Shown in pieces: positions 1 through 12,896 of a stretch of DNA of 64,000 bases. Each line of letters begins with the position of its first letter. Within the stretch, counting starts at the first letter, position 1. Origin of the DNA: Balanoglossus misakiensis. Lineage: Eukaryota > Animalia > Hemichordata. The stretch is from contig CM082587.2 of NCBI GenBank assembly GCA_040954595.2, positions 10,111,403 to 10,175,402 on the forward strand, read 5' to 3'. The translations under genes were made by a program, and so were the position numbers. Under the pieces are notes generated by a model. The model was not told the DNA's origin, did no database searches, and worked only from the letters and a program-made list of their open reading frames with translations.

Positions 1-231
1 GTCTGTGAATCGCACAGCAAGAAGGGGACGTGGTGCTTCCAGAGGAACTGCAAGATCGGTCGCCGCAGAAAGACAGCAGTCCATCAATGAAGCACAAGCT
101 CCAACAAGAGGACGACCACCACTTCAAAGGGGAAGTCGCGGTGGACGGATGAGAAGAAATGGTCCCAAGGGGCGGGGGGCTACTTGAACGCAAACAAGTG
201 TTAAATTTGGGCCCTGGGGCGGGGGGCTCTT

Positions 232-651
232 TGTCGTTAGAGAAGTAAACTACTGGTATAACACTTTCGTCTTGTGTCTTGCAGGATTAGTCGTGAAGTT
301 GCACACAAGCAAACATACTGCCATATTTTGAGGTAGGCTAAACATGCTAGCCAACTCGGAACTATTGGTAGTGCAGTGAATCGTAATAGGCCTGGGTCTG
401 ATGTACTTGCAAACTCAATAAGCCCAACTCTGAAGTACTTGCAACATGTTGACGGCCCAAGTCTGATTTACTCAGTCAAAAAAACCCTATGGGAAATCCA
501 TGACAGGTTGCAACAAATCCAGACTTGGTAGTTTAGAATGGCAAACCCATGGGAGCTTCCTATGTATTACGGCTGGGAGAAAGAGGATTAACTTTCAACA
601 GAGACTGGCCACCTCAGTTAGTCATTTGCTTGTTTCCTCTAAAGTGTGACA
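232..651 (+). mobile_element. Possible 3' LTR of an LTR retrotransposon
   Basis: Follows an R/G-rich ORF end (stop at 187) and G-rich tracts (GGGGCGGGGGG twice). Starts TGTC, ends TGACA, with imperfect inverted termini (TGTCGTTAGAG / CTCTAAAGTGTGACA). No second LTR in the window. Confidence 0.3.
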
Positions 652-866
652 TTTGCAGTACATGAATATCTAGATTCCTATGGCTTCTAATTTTGATTTT
701 GAAATTTTCACTCTATTAATTGCTCAACATACTTTTCCTAGATAAAAATAAATAAATTTATATGTACTTAATATCATTGTTAGCATGTAAAACAGAAAAA
801 GTTATTAAATGGGCAACGTTCAAATATACAAATCATGGAGAATTGTGGGTAAAATATTGTACTGTG

Positions 867-1020
867 AAGCATGGGGACATTGTGACCCGCAGCAGGTTAT
901 AAAGGGGGACAAATCATATTTTCGGGGGACAATATATCAGGACAGGGTTCTCCCTGGGAATAATCATAGTGTCGGGGCTAATTTCCATAAAATTTACATA
1001 ATTATAGGTTCTTTTGGACA
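867..1020 (+). repeat. ~155-bp repeat, inverted partner at 4837-4991
   Basis: AAGCATGGGGACATTGTGACCCGCAGCAGGTT...CTTTTGGACA recurs reverse-complemented at 4837-4991. ORF-track peptides are also shared (AW.HCDPQQV.KGD). Confidence 0.85.
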
Positions 1021-1596
1021 TCACTAAGGCCCCTCAACATCGATATAATATATTTAATATTATAGCTTTATCAAGTGAATTTTGTGATGTCATAGCTGTA
1101 AATTATTATTGATAATGTATCGTGTTAGACGTGGACGCGCAACACACTCAAGAACCAGCCAGACTGAATAACGGAGCTTTCAAACAATGCGAACATATTA
1201 AGGGCTAAAAAAGAAATGCAAACATACACAGAATAAATACAATGTACTGCGATATTTATTAATTTCAAATCTGACCTTGACTAGCGATTTGTTTATTTAT
1301 TTTCTTCCTAATGCGGCTCTACATGTCATCTGCTCTTTTCAACATGGCTCGGTCCCACACGTAAAGCAAACCTCTCAATGATACTGGATTTGACATTCGT
1401 TCACCATACATACCGTGTACCATGTACCAAGCAGTCATGTCAAAAAAGTTATACGTAAAAAGTTATGCCGTAGTTGTCACTGTCATGTTGTCTACGCGAT
1501 ACAGAGGGTCGATCGAGGGCGAGTTTGTTTATGTATTGCAACCTTCTGAGCGCCCGTATACGTGAACTTTCCTGAGAACACTAATGAATGCAAATA

Positions 1597-1775
1597 CAGT
1601 CAAACCTGTCTATAGTGACCAGTCAAGGGACTTTACCAAACTGGCCTTTATAGACAGGTGGTCTTTATAGACCGGTTAATTTATACACATGTAAATTGTA
1701 CAGGGACTGTAACTAAGTGGCCACTATATAGAGGTGGTCACTATATAGAGGTGGTCACTAACACAGGTTTGACTG
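1597..1775. mobile_element. pogo/Tc1-mariner-type MITE (179 bp)
   Basis: TIR CAGTCAAACCTGT / ACAGGTTTGACTG, TA on both sides, internal GTGGTCACTATATAGAG subterminal repeats. Confidence 0.85.
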
Positions 1776-2310
1776 TATTGCCTGAGTCCTCACCAAGATT
1801 TCACAAAAATCAAAACTTTTTCAGATATATTTCAGCAGAACCCTTAATATATTTTCACTTGCGTTAATAAACCTTCATTATTTATTTCCTGATGTTTGAA
1901 TATGATACTAGAAATGTACAGTATATGGATTGACTGCAATCAGCTGATCTTTTGTTTATGCCATTCCTCTGTTTTCGATATCGGTGGGGGGGAGGAGATC
2001 AACATTCAGGATTAGATTAAAGGCACATGAGCTGCAACTGGATAAAAATTTTAAGTTTTAAATAATCCCATATATCCTTTGAATTATGTCTATTAAATGA
2101 TATTTCATAAGAGTATATCAAGATCACTTATTTATGACAAAATGGCCAAAAGTTAAAGAAAATCGAAAATTCTGCAATATTGCGATCAAAAATGAAAATG
2201 TAATGTCCCAGATCATGCTTTGTTTATGAAATTTTATAGTCGGAAATGCGACGTTTTCCTTGTTTCTTGCATTTTTTCATGGTGGCGGCCATATTCCTTT
2301 GCGGCAAAGT

Positions 2311-3874
2311 TTACTGGCCATGGGCCGCTGTTAATTTTATAAGCCTGTGCAGACGCGCAGACACATGGCATGACCTCCAACAAAAGCTGCTTCATCTTTT
2401 GTCATGTTTAGCTGAGTTGTTACAATGCGCGCACACGCTCAGTGCGTTGCTTGTGTTACTAGGCTGTTGATGCGATTTATAGGACGCCTGTCTAAAGATA
2501 ACTTGTGCACTAGTGAATGAAATGGCAGCGCACTGCTCTTGACAGCGTGCAGAGCTGCGTTGCTTCTAGGGTGATTCAAGCCGTGGAAGGTGTGAAATCA
2601 CTCAGTTGTGTTCACTAAATTATCAAAAATTGAAAGGGAGTGGCAAGTTACAGTGAAAGCAAAGGTGGACGCAAAGCAAAAGTACAGGGGTGACAATCTG
2701 TCATATTGTTGTTCACTCAGGAAAAATGTGTCACAGTGACCCATGAAGATTTATTTTGTTGTGACAATCCAATATTTATTGCATCAAATGTCACAAGCCG
2801 CATGCGAGCTGAAACACTGTATATTGTTTTATTTCTATCATTAGTGATTTTAGATAGTATTAGTGTTTTAAACACAGAGAGAGCACCTATTTTGGATTCT
2901 AAGCCACCCGTTTGTTTTTCCAACTTATTTTCTGAAACTTCCTCCTTTTTATTAAAATTTTACAAAGCAAAGCGGATAGTTGTGATAGACAGACGCAAAC
3001 TACTTGTATGATAAAATTCAATACTGTTACCAAGTGAAGGAATGTCTTGCTTGTGTCTAGAAATCACAAATTATCACAGTCTACTGGTTAGGACCTTGCA
3101 GGACTACAGATATTCAGATGACTGCTTTCAGGACAGTTACACTTGAACATTGCAGCCTTCTATTCCAATTGCACCTTAACCTTTAACCCCAATCTAACCT
3201 CTAACATTAACCTCTAACCACTAACCTAAATAGCAGGCAGGAATGTCCACGTTTTCTGTCCTTGAAGTTGATACCCTCTGAATATTTGGCAAAAGTTAGA
3301 TTGTCTTTACACTTAAACAAAAGTGTCAATGTTGTATGACTGCCTACCAAATTTGCTCTCTCTTTCAGTGTTTCAGCTAGCGTGCGGCCTTGCAACATTT
3401 GACGCAATAAACGTTGGATTGTCGCAACGGAATAATCTTCATGGGTCACTGTGATGCATTCTTCCTGAGTGAGCAATAATGTGACTGATTGTCACCCCTG
3501 TACTTTTGCTTTGCGTCCACCTTTGCTTTCACTGTAACTTGCCACTCCCTTTCAATTTTTGATAATTTAGTGAACACAACTGAGTGATTTCACACCTTCC
3601 ACGGCTTGAATCACCCTAGAAGCAACGCAGCTCTGCACGCTGTCAAGAGCAGTGCGCTGCCATTTCATTCACTAGTGCACAAGTTATCTTTAGACAGGCG
3701 TCCTATAAATCGCATCAATAGCCTAGTAACACAAGCAACGCACTGAGCGCGTGCGCGCATTGTAACAACTCAGCTAAACATGACAAAAGATGAAGCAACT
3801 TTTGTTGGAGGTCATGTCATGTGTCTGCGCGTCTGCACAGGCTTATAAAATTAACAGCGGCCCAGGGCCGGTAA
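2311..3874. repeat. Long inverted repeat: ~509-bp arms (2311-2819 / 3366-3874) around a ~545-bp spacer
   Basis: Arms are near-identical reverse complements (e.g. GGGCCGCTGTTAATTTTATAAGCCTGTGCAGAC / GTCTGCACAGGCTTATAAAATTAACAGCGGCCC), diverging more toward the inner ends. Confidence 0.9.
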
Positions 3875-4836
3875 TAATTACGAAGGGCAGGTAAATTTCA
3901 TTGCCACCTGCCCTGATTCATGCCTACTTGATAAGGCAAACTTTTAATTACTTTGCACTATTTGATTTTGTTTAGAATAGGATGGGGTATGATTGCAAAA
4001 AAATTATTATCAAAGTAATTAATCTGATCCTGAATGTTGATCTTCCCCACCCTCCCCCCCCCCAAAAAAAATACACCAATGGCAGTATATCATAATTAAC
4101 ACAAAATCTGAGGTGTCTTGTCTTAGGATATGTCCAATTTCTAAAAAAACAGATACATGTAGTAGGATGTAAAGACAACCCGCACTGAAAACTTGTGAAC
4201 TTGGCATGGGCAGGCAGTGTTTCATCCAGGACACATGTGAATTAGGCGTTCTGTTCGGGGAAACAAGCAATCAAATAAATAAACAAACAAAAAAGAAACA
4301 ACAACCATCATCATGATAAACAACGCAGTGTCTTGAATTGAGCCGCCCACTTGCGTGATCGAGCAGCTGACACAAGATGTGGCTTGTGTCAAAGGTCCCA
4401 TCCGTATGCTAGTAAATTGGTATATAGCGCGAAGGCCCCCAACTTCAAATTGAAAACTGCTCGACACTGTTGAATATTTGCCGTTTTTAAGCCTCTAAAT
4501 GTCTGCCATCTTCAAAATTTCTACCCCATTTTAAGACATCAATAAACAGGCTATCATATCAGCATCAATTTATCAGTCTCTCTTACTACTGGTTGTCGCT
4601 AGCGCGTAAAAAATATGACAACATCACAGTTTTTGAGGGGCATAGCAATCATCGGAACATCAGGGTGTTTTATTGGAGCGGACTTCGTAACCCCAGGTCA
4701 ATTTCAAATACTTTCACTAGTAATAGTATTTCACTAGGGCTACTTTACACTGGGTATAAAAAAGACAATATTCTTTCTTAGTAAGTACTATGTGCCAATG
4801 TCAGCATACTTGATAAGTAACAGCTGTGGTAAAATT

Positions 4837-4991
4837 TGTCCAAAAGAAGCTATGATTATGTAAATTTTACGGAAATTAGCCCTGGCTCTATGATTTTTCC
4901 CAGGGAGAACACTGTCCTGATATTTTGTCCCCCCGAAAATGTGATCTGTCCCCCTTTCTAACCTGCTGCGGGTCACAATGTTCCCATGCTT
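4837..4991 (-). repeat. Inverted copy of the 867-1020 repeat
   Basis: Direct reverse-complement comparison by eye. Confidence 0.85.
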
Positions 4992-6026
4992 TCAAAAGCT
5001 GGCTGGACTTTGATGTGTCAAACTTCTTTTGCAAAAGGGAACATATAGCCATGGCCAAAGATGTAGCACATTTTTTGTAAGAACTGTTATTATGGTTATT
5101 ATCAAACATTTGGTGCATTTCTGTTTCAAGGCTGAAGTAGTGAGAATTAATCCTTATTCATAGGTTGTCGCACTCTTTAAGTACCACTATTTTAATATCC
5201 ATAGAAAAAATTTCATAAAATGTATGATCTCCAACGATGCATCACAGGGACAATATTTTCCCAGCTTTTCTGCTAGTTTATGTTATCAGACCATCAAAGG
5301 CTTCCTATCATTACAGGTACTACTCTCATTTGCATGTGACATATTTGCTGCAGTTTTATCACCAAGCTTTTCAAATTCTTCTACGGATGCATTGATATCA
5401 GGGGACAACAGTGTTATTGTTGCAAATCCCATGGTTTAGACCCCCAAGGCACCGGCTATTCTTCGTTTTTGAATGAAACTGGTTTTCCCTCTGGGCCCTC
5501 TAAGTCAGTTATGCATGTGCAATTCATTGTTAATGACATTGCCTCTGCTGGATTGACAGTTGCAGGGGTTAATCATAGCACCTCACAAATGACCCACAAG
5601 ACTGACAAATTGGTTGAAGGCGTGGAGAAGTTCACACGAAGTGAATACTGCTGGGAGCTATATTGAAACACATGTAGATGACACATTTTCACAATACCAT
5701 CCAATGCGCTATGGCATCAACATTCAATCATAATGTTAAACAATCTGTCGGCATTTGTACTTTCCAACTTGTTGTAAGAGTTGCTCACTTTGCTTGACAT
5801 CTCTTGCTTTGGCTGTATTTGCCTGAATGGCAAATCTGCAAATTGTTTGAAATCGAATCTTTTATCTTTGATTGTAATCATTTATCTTGTTTGAATACTT
5901 TATTAAGTTTATTTTTCAGACATTTACTTAGTGTTTGTAGTTGTAGTTTATTCCGCAACACCTCTGTTGTTTAAAACCCAAGCTGTGAGTTTTCTCAAGA
6001 AGATACGAGTAAGAGTTCGAAAAGCG

Positions 6027-6060
<34 letters not shown>

Positions 6061-6504
6061 ACCAGAACACTGGCAAAGCTTGTTTACTTGAATGCTGCTA
6101 TACAATGTATGGATCGGAAATCAAGCAGGTTTTTCATGTAACTTTTGTTTCATAACAAAAAAAAAACTACTTTGCATTTTGTCTTTCAAGTGCAACCTCC
6201 AATGAAAAGTTACCATGAATCGGTAATGGATCATGCAAATGCCTGTTGATCTCCGACCTATTTGAAACTCAAATAACATGTGTGGACGCAAGATTTTGAA
6301 GTTGCTGATGATAAATGTTTACCCACTTATGATAATTATAAAAAAAGGAGCACCCTAACCATGGCACATGAGAATCCGTCTTAACAATTTCCTCAGGTTG
6401 CCTCAAGTAAATTTGATTCTGCAATGTCCTCTGAAATGCCCCAACCAGTCTTGGCACAAACTGCCCCCCCCCCCTCCTCAGTAATACCCATTTTGATACA
6501 CCTG

Positions 6505-6690
6505 TTTGTCTTTCTGTCTGTCTGTCCGTCCGTCCGTCCGTCCGTCCGTCTGTCTGTCTGTCTGTCTGTCTGTCTAAGTGAGTGAGTGAGTGAGTGAGTG
6601 TACACATGTATTTGTCCAAACTTTTGAATAGTTTACTTAGTTAGTTAGTGAGTTAGTTAATTAGTTAGTTAGTTAGTTCTTAGTTAATTA
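6505..6690. repeat. Compound microsatellite (TGTC)n(CGTC)n(TGTC)n(GAGT)n then (AGTT)n
   Basis: Tetranucleotide runs visible directly. Confidence 0.9.
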
Positions 6691-6930
6691 GTATAAGTTT
6701 AGTATTTAGTTAATTAGGTTTATCTAATTAGTTTAGGTAGCATAGGTTTAGTTAGCATACATTTATTTACTTAGTTTATTTACTCAGTGTATATATTTAT
6801 TTATTTTATTTATTTAGTTCAATTCAGATGTGTACACTAATTATTAAAAAAATAAAAAAATATTTTTTTTAAATGTGTGGTCTTATATCTGCACTGACTG
6901 GAGGGGTAATATGAATTTTGGCTGCCTTAA

Positions 6931-7652
6931 GGTGGCATTGCATGAAAAGTTGTGATTTTTGCCAAAATTTACTTTTTTACATAAATCGGTAGGTCTAATA
7001 CTGATCCACATCCTGGGCGGAAATGGTGCATAATCACCCAAAAATAGCACTTTTCTGAACGAGTTCACAGCTTAACAAATAGGTGTCAACAATGCAAATG
7101 GCCGTTTTTCTCAGTTTGCGTTTTCGCTGCTCTTGACACCTTCAGAAGAATTCAGCTTCGCTCTGAGTTGGCCGAATTTGCTCAAATTTTAATAGGGGAT
7201 TGTGTATGACCCACCTAACAAAACGGATTTTTTGTTAGTCGATAATGTGTCCCTGGCGGGAATAAACTCTGGTTCAATACAACTCACCGTGAATTTGATC
7301 AAATGTTTTTTAAAATCTAACTTTCAAACGCTGTTACTACTCAATGGAAGCAGATAACGCAAAACAAAATTATCGTTTTTTTGCATGTGTATTCTAGTTT
7401 CGAATGACATATTAAGATGCATGATGCATGGTCAACTTTTTTACCTAATTTAAACTGAATGACATAATATCAAAAAAACGGGTTTTTTAACCCCAAAACG
7501 CCACAATTTCCGGGGATCAATAATATATGCAACTCAAACAAAAGTTCAAAAACTCAGCTTCCAGAATGTATATGGTTTATGGGGGTTTTAACGTTGTCTT
7601 TAATGAGAAATAGGCCTCTGAAAAAGTCTCGATGGTTTCATGCGATGTCACC
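6931..7652. mobile_element. Non-autonomous Kolobok-type DNA transposon (722 bp)
   Basis: TTAA on both sides; TIR GGTGGCATTGCATGAAA / TTTCATGCGATGTCACC. RR...YY termini with a TTAA TSD fit Kolobok rather than piggyBac (CC...GG). Confidence 0.8.
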
Positions 7653-9464
7653 TTAAAAATATGTTTTCACTTTGCGCCAAGGGGTCAAATCACATTGCAT
7701 TCTGGGCGAAAAGTCGACAACCCACTGTAGTAAGAGATAGTATGGGGTGCCATGTGTTAACTTATTATTTAGCTAAATTATTTGTTCAAAAGTCGTTATT
7801 TAACATATTTATATGTATGTAATTATAGATTTGCAAACCATTTAAGTCCTGACAATTTATTTATAAATAATTTCAAGTCGATTCAATTATATACATAAAA
7901 TGTATTTTATGCTCTTTTATTTATATATAATAAATTATTTATAAACAATGTCAGTGTCAGTCTATTATATATATATCATGAGTGATGTACATAATTATTT
8001 ATATTTAATTAATTATTTATAAATAATTTTTTTTAAGTGTATTATATATATATCATGAGTGATTTATAAATAATTTAAGTGCAAGTCTATTATATATATA
8101 TCATGAGTGATTTACATTATATAATGAATTATATATAAATAAGTGATTTCTAAACCATGAAAAAATGCACTCGCGCCGTTTGTCAACTTATTATTTAACG
8201 CAAACTCATTATTTAACGCAAACTCATTATTTAAGGCCTGTTCACACAACTCGATTTTGACCAGTTCAACTCCATATACGCACTCGCTATCGCTCGTGCG
8301 TATATGTCGTGAACTGGTCAAAATCTCGTGGTATACCATGGCTGGGGGTGTTTTATTGCTTAAATAATAAATAAACAGGTGTGGCAAAAGTAAAGTGATG
8401 TTACAGTTCTATATGAGGTTTATGAATTACCTAGTTTGTATCCATAGTTACTGGCATTGCTGTACATGTAACAACTTTAAAAAAATGTAGGTAGTATCCC
8501 AACATGTTCTTAACAGTCTCTGAAAATTACAAGCTTTAAATGACATGTTTTCTTACTTTCCTAATTTCTTACCTATGACACCCTGTTTTCTACAGTGTAA
8601 AGCCTATGGGGCACAAACATTTTGTTTCATAATTATATTTTTATAACTTCTTGTCTACATTTCTTAGATATTAAGGTACCCCAGAATAGAGAATTTAAAT
8701 GTCTATCATTCCTGGAAAAATCAGCTCTTAAGCTCCTTTATTTTAAATTTTAGGATAGGGTCTCTAATGTCCAAGTGTCCAAAAAAAGTATTCTTTTGTT
8801 TTTATACATGTTAAGTCTATGGGCATTATTTCAGTCTATTTTGCAACAACATTTGGAATACTTAATGGCGTCCAATCTCAAAAGTGTAAATTTTTTTATA
8901 TTCTAGAACATCTCATGATGGTTTCTGGAAAGTTTCATCTCTGAAATGCTTAAAATAAAAAAATAATCTTAAAAAAGCAAAGTGTATATTAAAAAAAAGC
9001 TAATTTACAGCTAATTTACAGAAGTTTGCTTTTTGGTCAAAAAAGTGCTTTTATGTTAAAATATTTAATTGTAACTTTTGTCAAGAGTTTATAGATAGAC
9101 ACTCTACTTGTGTACCAAATTTCGAGGTCAAAGGTCAAAGGATAATGAAATCCGACATAGGTAAACCAACAACTATAAGCAATGGCGAAGTTGACCTTGA
9201 CCTTCGAATTTCAAATTTTTTTCACCACACCACATTAAAACAACTTATTATCAATCTATCCTGTAATTTTCAGTGGTTTCCAACTATATTAAGGGGGTGA
9301 CACCGCGTACCCTAAAAAGTATGTTTTTTTCAATAGGTTTTTCCGCAATAACTTTTCAAGGTCAAGTTCAAAGTTGGTCAAATTTTAGTATGTTATAGAA
9401 CTCGCCGAGACCTTTCTGAAAATATATAGTTTGTTATGGTTTATGTAAAATGTAAAAGTTTCAC

Positions 9465-9697
9465 CAAAGGGACAGTGTAGGTTTGAAACCTACACCGTAC
9501 GCTCGCATTTTCTAGCAAAGGGCAGTGTAGGTTTGAAACCTACACCGTACGCGCGCATTTTGTAGCAAAGGGCAGTGTAGGTTTGAAACCTACACCGTAC
9601 GCGCGCATTTTGTAGCAAAGGGACAGTGTAGGTTTGAAACCTACACCGTACACGCGCATTTTGTAGCAAAGGGACAGTGTAGGTTTGAAACCTACAC
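9465..9697. repeat. Minisatellite, 50-51-bp unit x4.6, each unit with a perfect palindrome
   Basis: Unit CAAAGGG(A)CAGTGTAGGTTTGAAACCTACACCGTACGCGCGCATTTTGTAG; palindrome GTGTAGGTTT-G-AAACCTACAC occurs five times. Confidence 0.95.
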
Positions 9698-9968
9698 AGT
9701 GTGTCGATTTCGGCCACGGTAAACGTTAGACCCAATGCCAGGCTTATGTGAAGAATAAAGCATAAGTTCTGTTTTATTATTACTAAGAGAAAATTAACGC
9801 TATACTATAGTATAGTTGGCAAGAGAGCATAGTTGGCAAGAGAGCATAGTTGGCACACGCTTCTGCCATCTATACTCACGTAACATACTGTATTAGAATA
9901 TCATTTGCATATCAAACGAAGAATATGCATATGCATGTATGCAAATGAGCAAGGAGTATAGATGGCAG

Positions 9969-10907
9969 TAGTCTCGGTTACCCAGAGCCCTCTGCTTCTT
10001 CCGTTAGGCATTCCAGAAAGAGGGTCTGGGGAAACCAGGGGTGCGTTCGACGTACGAAGCGTTCGGTAACGTTCGGAAACGTTTTCATGTCGAACGATCT
10101 TTTGTCATTGTTTTTCGCGAACGTTTTGTAACAATGGAAGGCGTAAGACGGAGGTGACTCGCGGCGAACAACTCATTAATTCAAAATGGCGGACATGTAA
10201 GCCGAAGTACGACTCGCAGGGCATATTTTCGAAGAAGTTGCAGAATATTTGTCGTTTTAGGTAGTGATAGTTTTACCAAGCGGAAGCTTGTATTTTTTCT
10301 CAATCAATAAACCAATTCACATGGATTGTGCCGCTACTGTCTTGTGTAAAACGGTTTAAAAGTGGTATGCACTTCCGGAATCATGTCCTTGTATGCGCAC
10401 CGGGACGTTCTTGCTGACGGCCGCTGTCTCTGAAAAGCCAAAGGTCATTGACGGCGCCCTCTTGTGAGAGGCAAGCTTATCGTTCGACGAAGTACAAAAG
10501 CGCCCTGCGCAAGCATTCACAAAACGCTTTGTGCGTCGAACGCACCCCAGGTAGACAAATCGCCAGGCGGAATCGGGACAGCTGCGATGCATGACGGGAG
10601 ATTATTATTCCAAAATGGCGACGTCCTGCGCGCGAACCTCACGGCCGACATGTATGACATACGATAAAGAAAACATGCTGAGAAGTGCTAGACCTGCTAA
10701 AACTGTATACAAATTGAAAAGAGAGAGAGAAGTTTGGTAAATAGTTTTCTAATATCGTCATATCATAATATCGTATCGAATATTAATCTCCCGTCATGCA
10801 TCGCAGCTGTCCCGATTCCGCCTGGCGATTTGTCTACCGGGTTTCCCCAGACCCTCTTTCTGGAGTGCCCAACGGAAGAAGCAGAGGGCTCTGGGTAACC
10901 GAGACTA
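9969..10907. mobile_element. Academ-like non-autonomous element, copy 1 (interrupted by a Harbinger MITE)
   Basis: TAG...CTA termini, ~120-bp TIR beginning TAGTCTCGGTTACCCAGAGCCC, 9-bp TSD AGATGGCAG (9960-9968 / 10908-10916). Confidence 0.75.
10039..10547 (+). mobile_element. PIF/Harbinger-type MITE family A, copy 1 (509 bp)
   Basis: TIR GGGTGCGTTCGACG / CGTCGAACGCACCC, 3-bp TSD CAG, inserted in the left TIR of the Academ-like element. Confidence 0.8.
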
Positions 10908-10940
10908 AGATGGCAGCAGAGTATAGATGGCAGAACACCG

Positions 10941-12268
10941 GGGTGCGTTCGACGTACGAAGCGTTCGGGAACGTTCGGAAACGTTTTCATGTCGAACGAT
11001 CTTTTGTCTTTGTTTTTCGCGAACGTTTTGTAACAATGGAAGGCGTAAGGCTGCATTCACAAACACCTCTGGAGGGGGGGGGGCAGGAGAATTGAGGGGG
11101 GGATTTGAAAAAATTGAGGGTATGTAAGGGGGGGGATTTGAAATAATTTAGGGACTGAAAGGGGGGGACTTGAAAACTTTAACGACTAAATATTTATTTT
11201 GAGTCCACAAAAATGCAGTTTCGCACCCTTTAATTTACAAAATTTTCTAATGTGGGAGGGGGACACCCCCTCCCACACCCACCCCCTCCATTCATCAACA
11301 CCTTTCAATCATTGACTGGTTAATCGAGTGTCCCAGGTCAGGGGACTTGCCCCACCCCATGATAACTTTGAGCGGCGACGGTTAAATTTGTCCTCCCCAA
11401 CATACCGGTAGTTGAGTTAATTTGCTTTTGCCGGGTTCATTAAAATGCAGCTTTGAGCTCTGTATTTTAGAAAATTTTCTTACGTGGGAGGGGGACACGT
11501 GTCCCCCTCCCAAACCCACCCCCTTCAATTCTCGGTGTACAATGTCTCCCAACACAGAATACAAATATATGTACTTAAAAAATAAAAACAATAAAAACAA
11601 TGTTCAGTTTTAATACCCACTGATGAGGGGAAACATCAGTTTCAAATTCTTTTCATGGGAGCGCTGTTTTTCTTTTTACAAGATAGATAGGTGATGGTTT
11701 TGCTCTGTGAAAGAAAATGGGGGGGGATTTCAAAATTTTGGCAGTTCGGAAGGGGGGATTTGAAAATATTGGCAGTTCGGAAGGGGGGCATGTGAAAATT
11801 AGCGGTAAAAAAAATTGAATTCTCCCGCCCCCCCCCCCCTCCAGAGGTGTTTGTGAATGCAGCCTAAGACGGAGGTGACTCGCGGCGAACGTCTCATTAA
11901 TTCAAAATGGCGGACATGTAAGCCGAAGTACGACTCGCAGGGCATATTTTCAAAGAAGTAGCAGAATATTTGTCGATTTAGGTAGTGATAGTTTTACCAA
12001 GCGAAAGCTTTTATTTTTTCTCAATCAATAAACCAATTTACATGGATTGTGCCGCTACTGTCTTGTGTAAAACGATTTAAAAGGGGTGTGCACTTCCGGA
12101 ATCATGTCCTTGTATGCGCACCGGGACGTTCTTGCTGACGGCCGCTGTCTCTGAAAAGCCAAAGGTCATTGACAGCGCCCTCTTGTGAGAGGCAAGCTTA
12201 TCGTTCGACGAAGTACAAAAGCGCCCAGCGCAAGCATTCACAAAACGCTTTGTGCGTCGAACGCACCC
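10941..12268 (+). mobile_element. Harbinger-type MITE family A, copy 2 (split by an 816-bp insertion)
   Basis: Same TIRs and internal sequence as 10039-10547; resumes at TAAGACGGAGG after 11864. Confidence 0.8.
11049..11864. mobile_element. PIF/Harbinger-type MITE family B (816 bp)
   Basis: TIR GGCTGCATTCACAAACACCTCTGGAGGGGG / CCCCCTCCAGAGGTGTTTGTGAATGCAGCC; TSD TAA. Confidence 0.85.
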
Positions 12269-12269
12269 C

Positions 12270-12737
12270 GGGCGCTTTTGTACTTCGTCGAACGATAAGC
12301 TTGCCTCTCAAGAGGGCGCCGTCAATGACCTTTGGCTTTACAGAGGCGGCCGTCAGCAAGAACGTCCTGGTGCGCATACAAGGACATGATTCCGGAAGTG
12401 CATACCGCTTTTAAACCATTTTACACAAGACAGTAGCGGCACAATCCATGTGAATTGGTTTATTGATTGAGAATAAATACAAGCTTTCGCTTGGTAAAAC
12501 TATCACTACATGTACCTAAATCGACAAATATTCTGCAACTTCTTCGAAAATATGCCCTGCGAGTCGTACTTCGGCTTACATGTCCGCCATTTTGAATAAA
12601 TGAGTTGTTCGCCGCGAGTCACCTCCGTCTTACGCCTTCCATTGTTACAAAACGTTCGCGAAAAACAATGACAAAAGATCATTCGACATGAAAACGTTTC
12701 CGAACGTTACCGAACGCTTCGTACGTCGAACGCACCC
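12270..12737 (-). mobile_element. Harbinger-type MITE family A, copy 3 (inverted, one end truncated)
   Basis: Reverse complement of copy 1, ends CGTCGAACGCACCC; lacks ~40 bp at the end abutting copy 2. Confidence 0.8.
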
Positions 12738-12745
12738 TTGTTTTA

Positions 12746-12895
12746 CCATAGACCACTTCGCGGATAGCATAACACAGGGTGTTGTGGGACAGTTTGCGTT
12801 CTGAGCGCGTGCGTTAGCCATGTACTAGACGCTACGTTGAACGCAAATTATACCATCATGCATTGCAGATACCCTATCCGCGAATAGGTCTATGG
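12746..12895. mobile_element. Small unclassified MITE (~150 bp)
   Basis: TIR CCATAGACCACTTCGCGGATAG / CTATCCGCGAATAGGTCTATGG. Confidence 0.7.
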
Positions 12896-12896
12896 C

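Noticed and set aside
2017-2200. TTAA-AGGCACATGAGC as a Kolobok left end
   Set aside because: No matching right TIR found, so it cannot be delimited.
3170-3230. Degenerate CCTAAC-like repeats as an interstitial telomere
   Set aside because: Short and highly degenerate; more likely internal to a small repeat element.
5200-5840. Possible exon or coding relic
   Set aside because: No sustained open frame or recognisable motif in the frames examined.
6027-6058. Poly(A) run as a retrocopy tail
   Set aside because: No TSD or recognisable upstream SINE or retrogene body.
9465-9697. CRISPR-like palindromic repeats
   Set aside because: Linkers are near-identical rather than unique spacers, there are no cas genes, and the context is eukaryotic.
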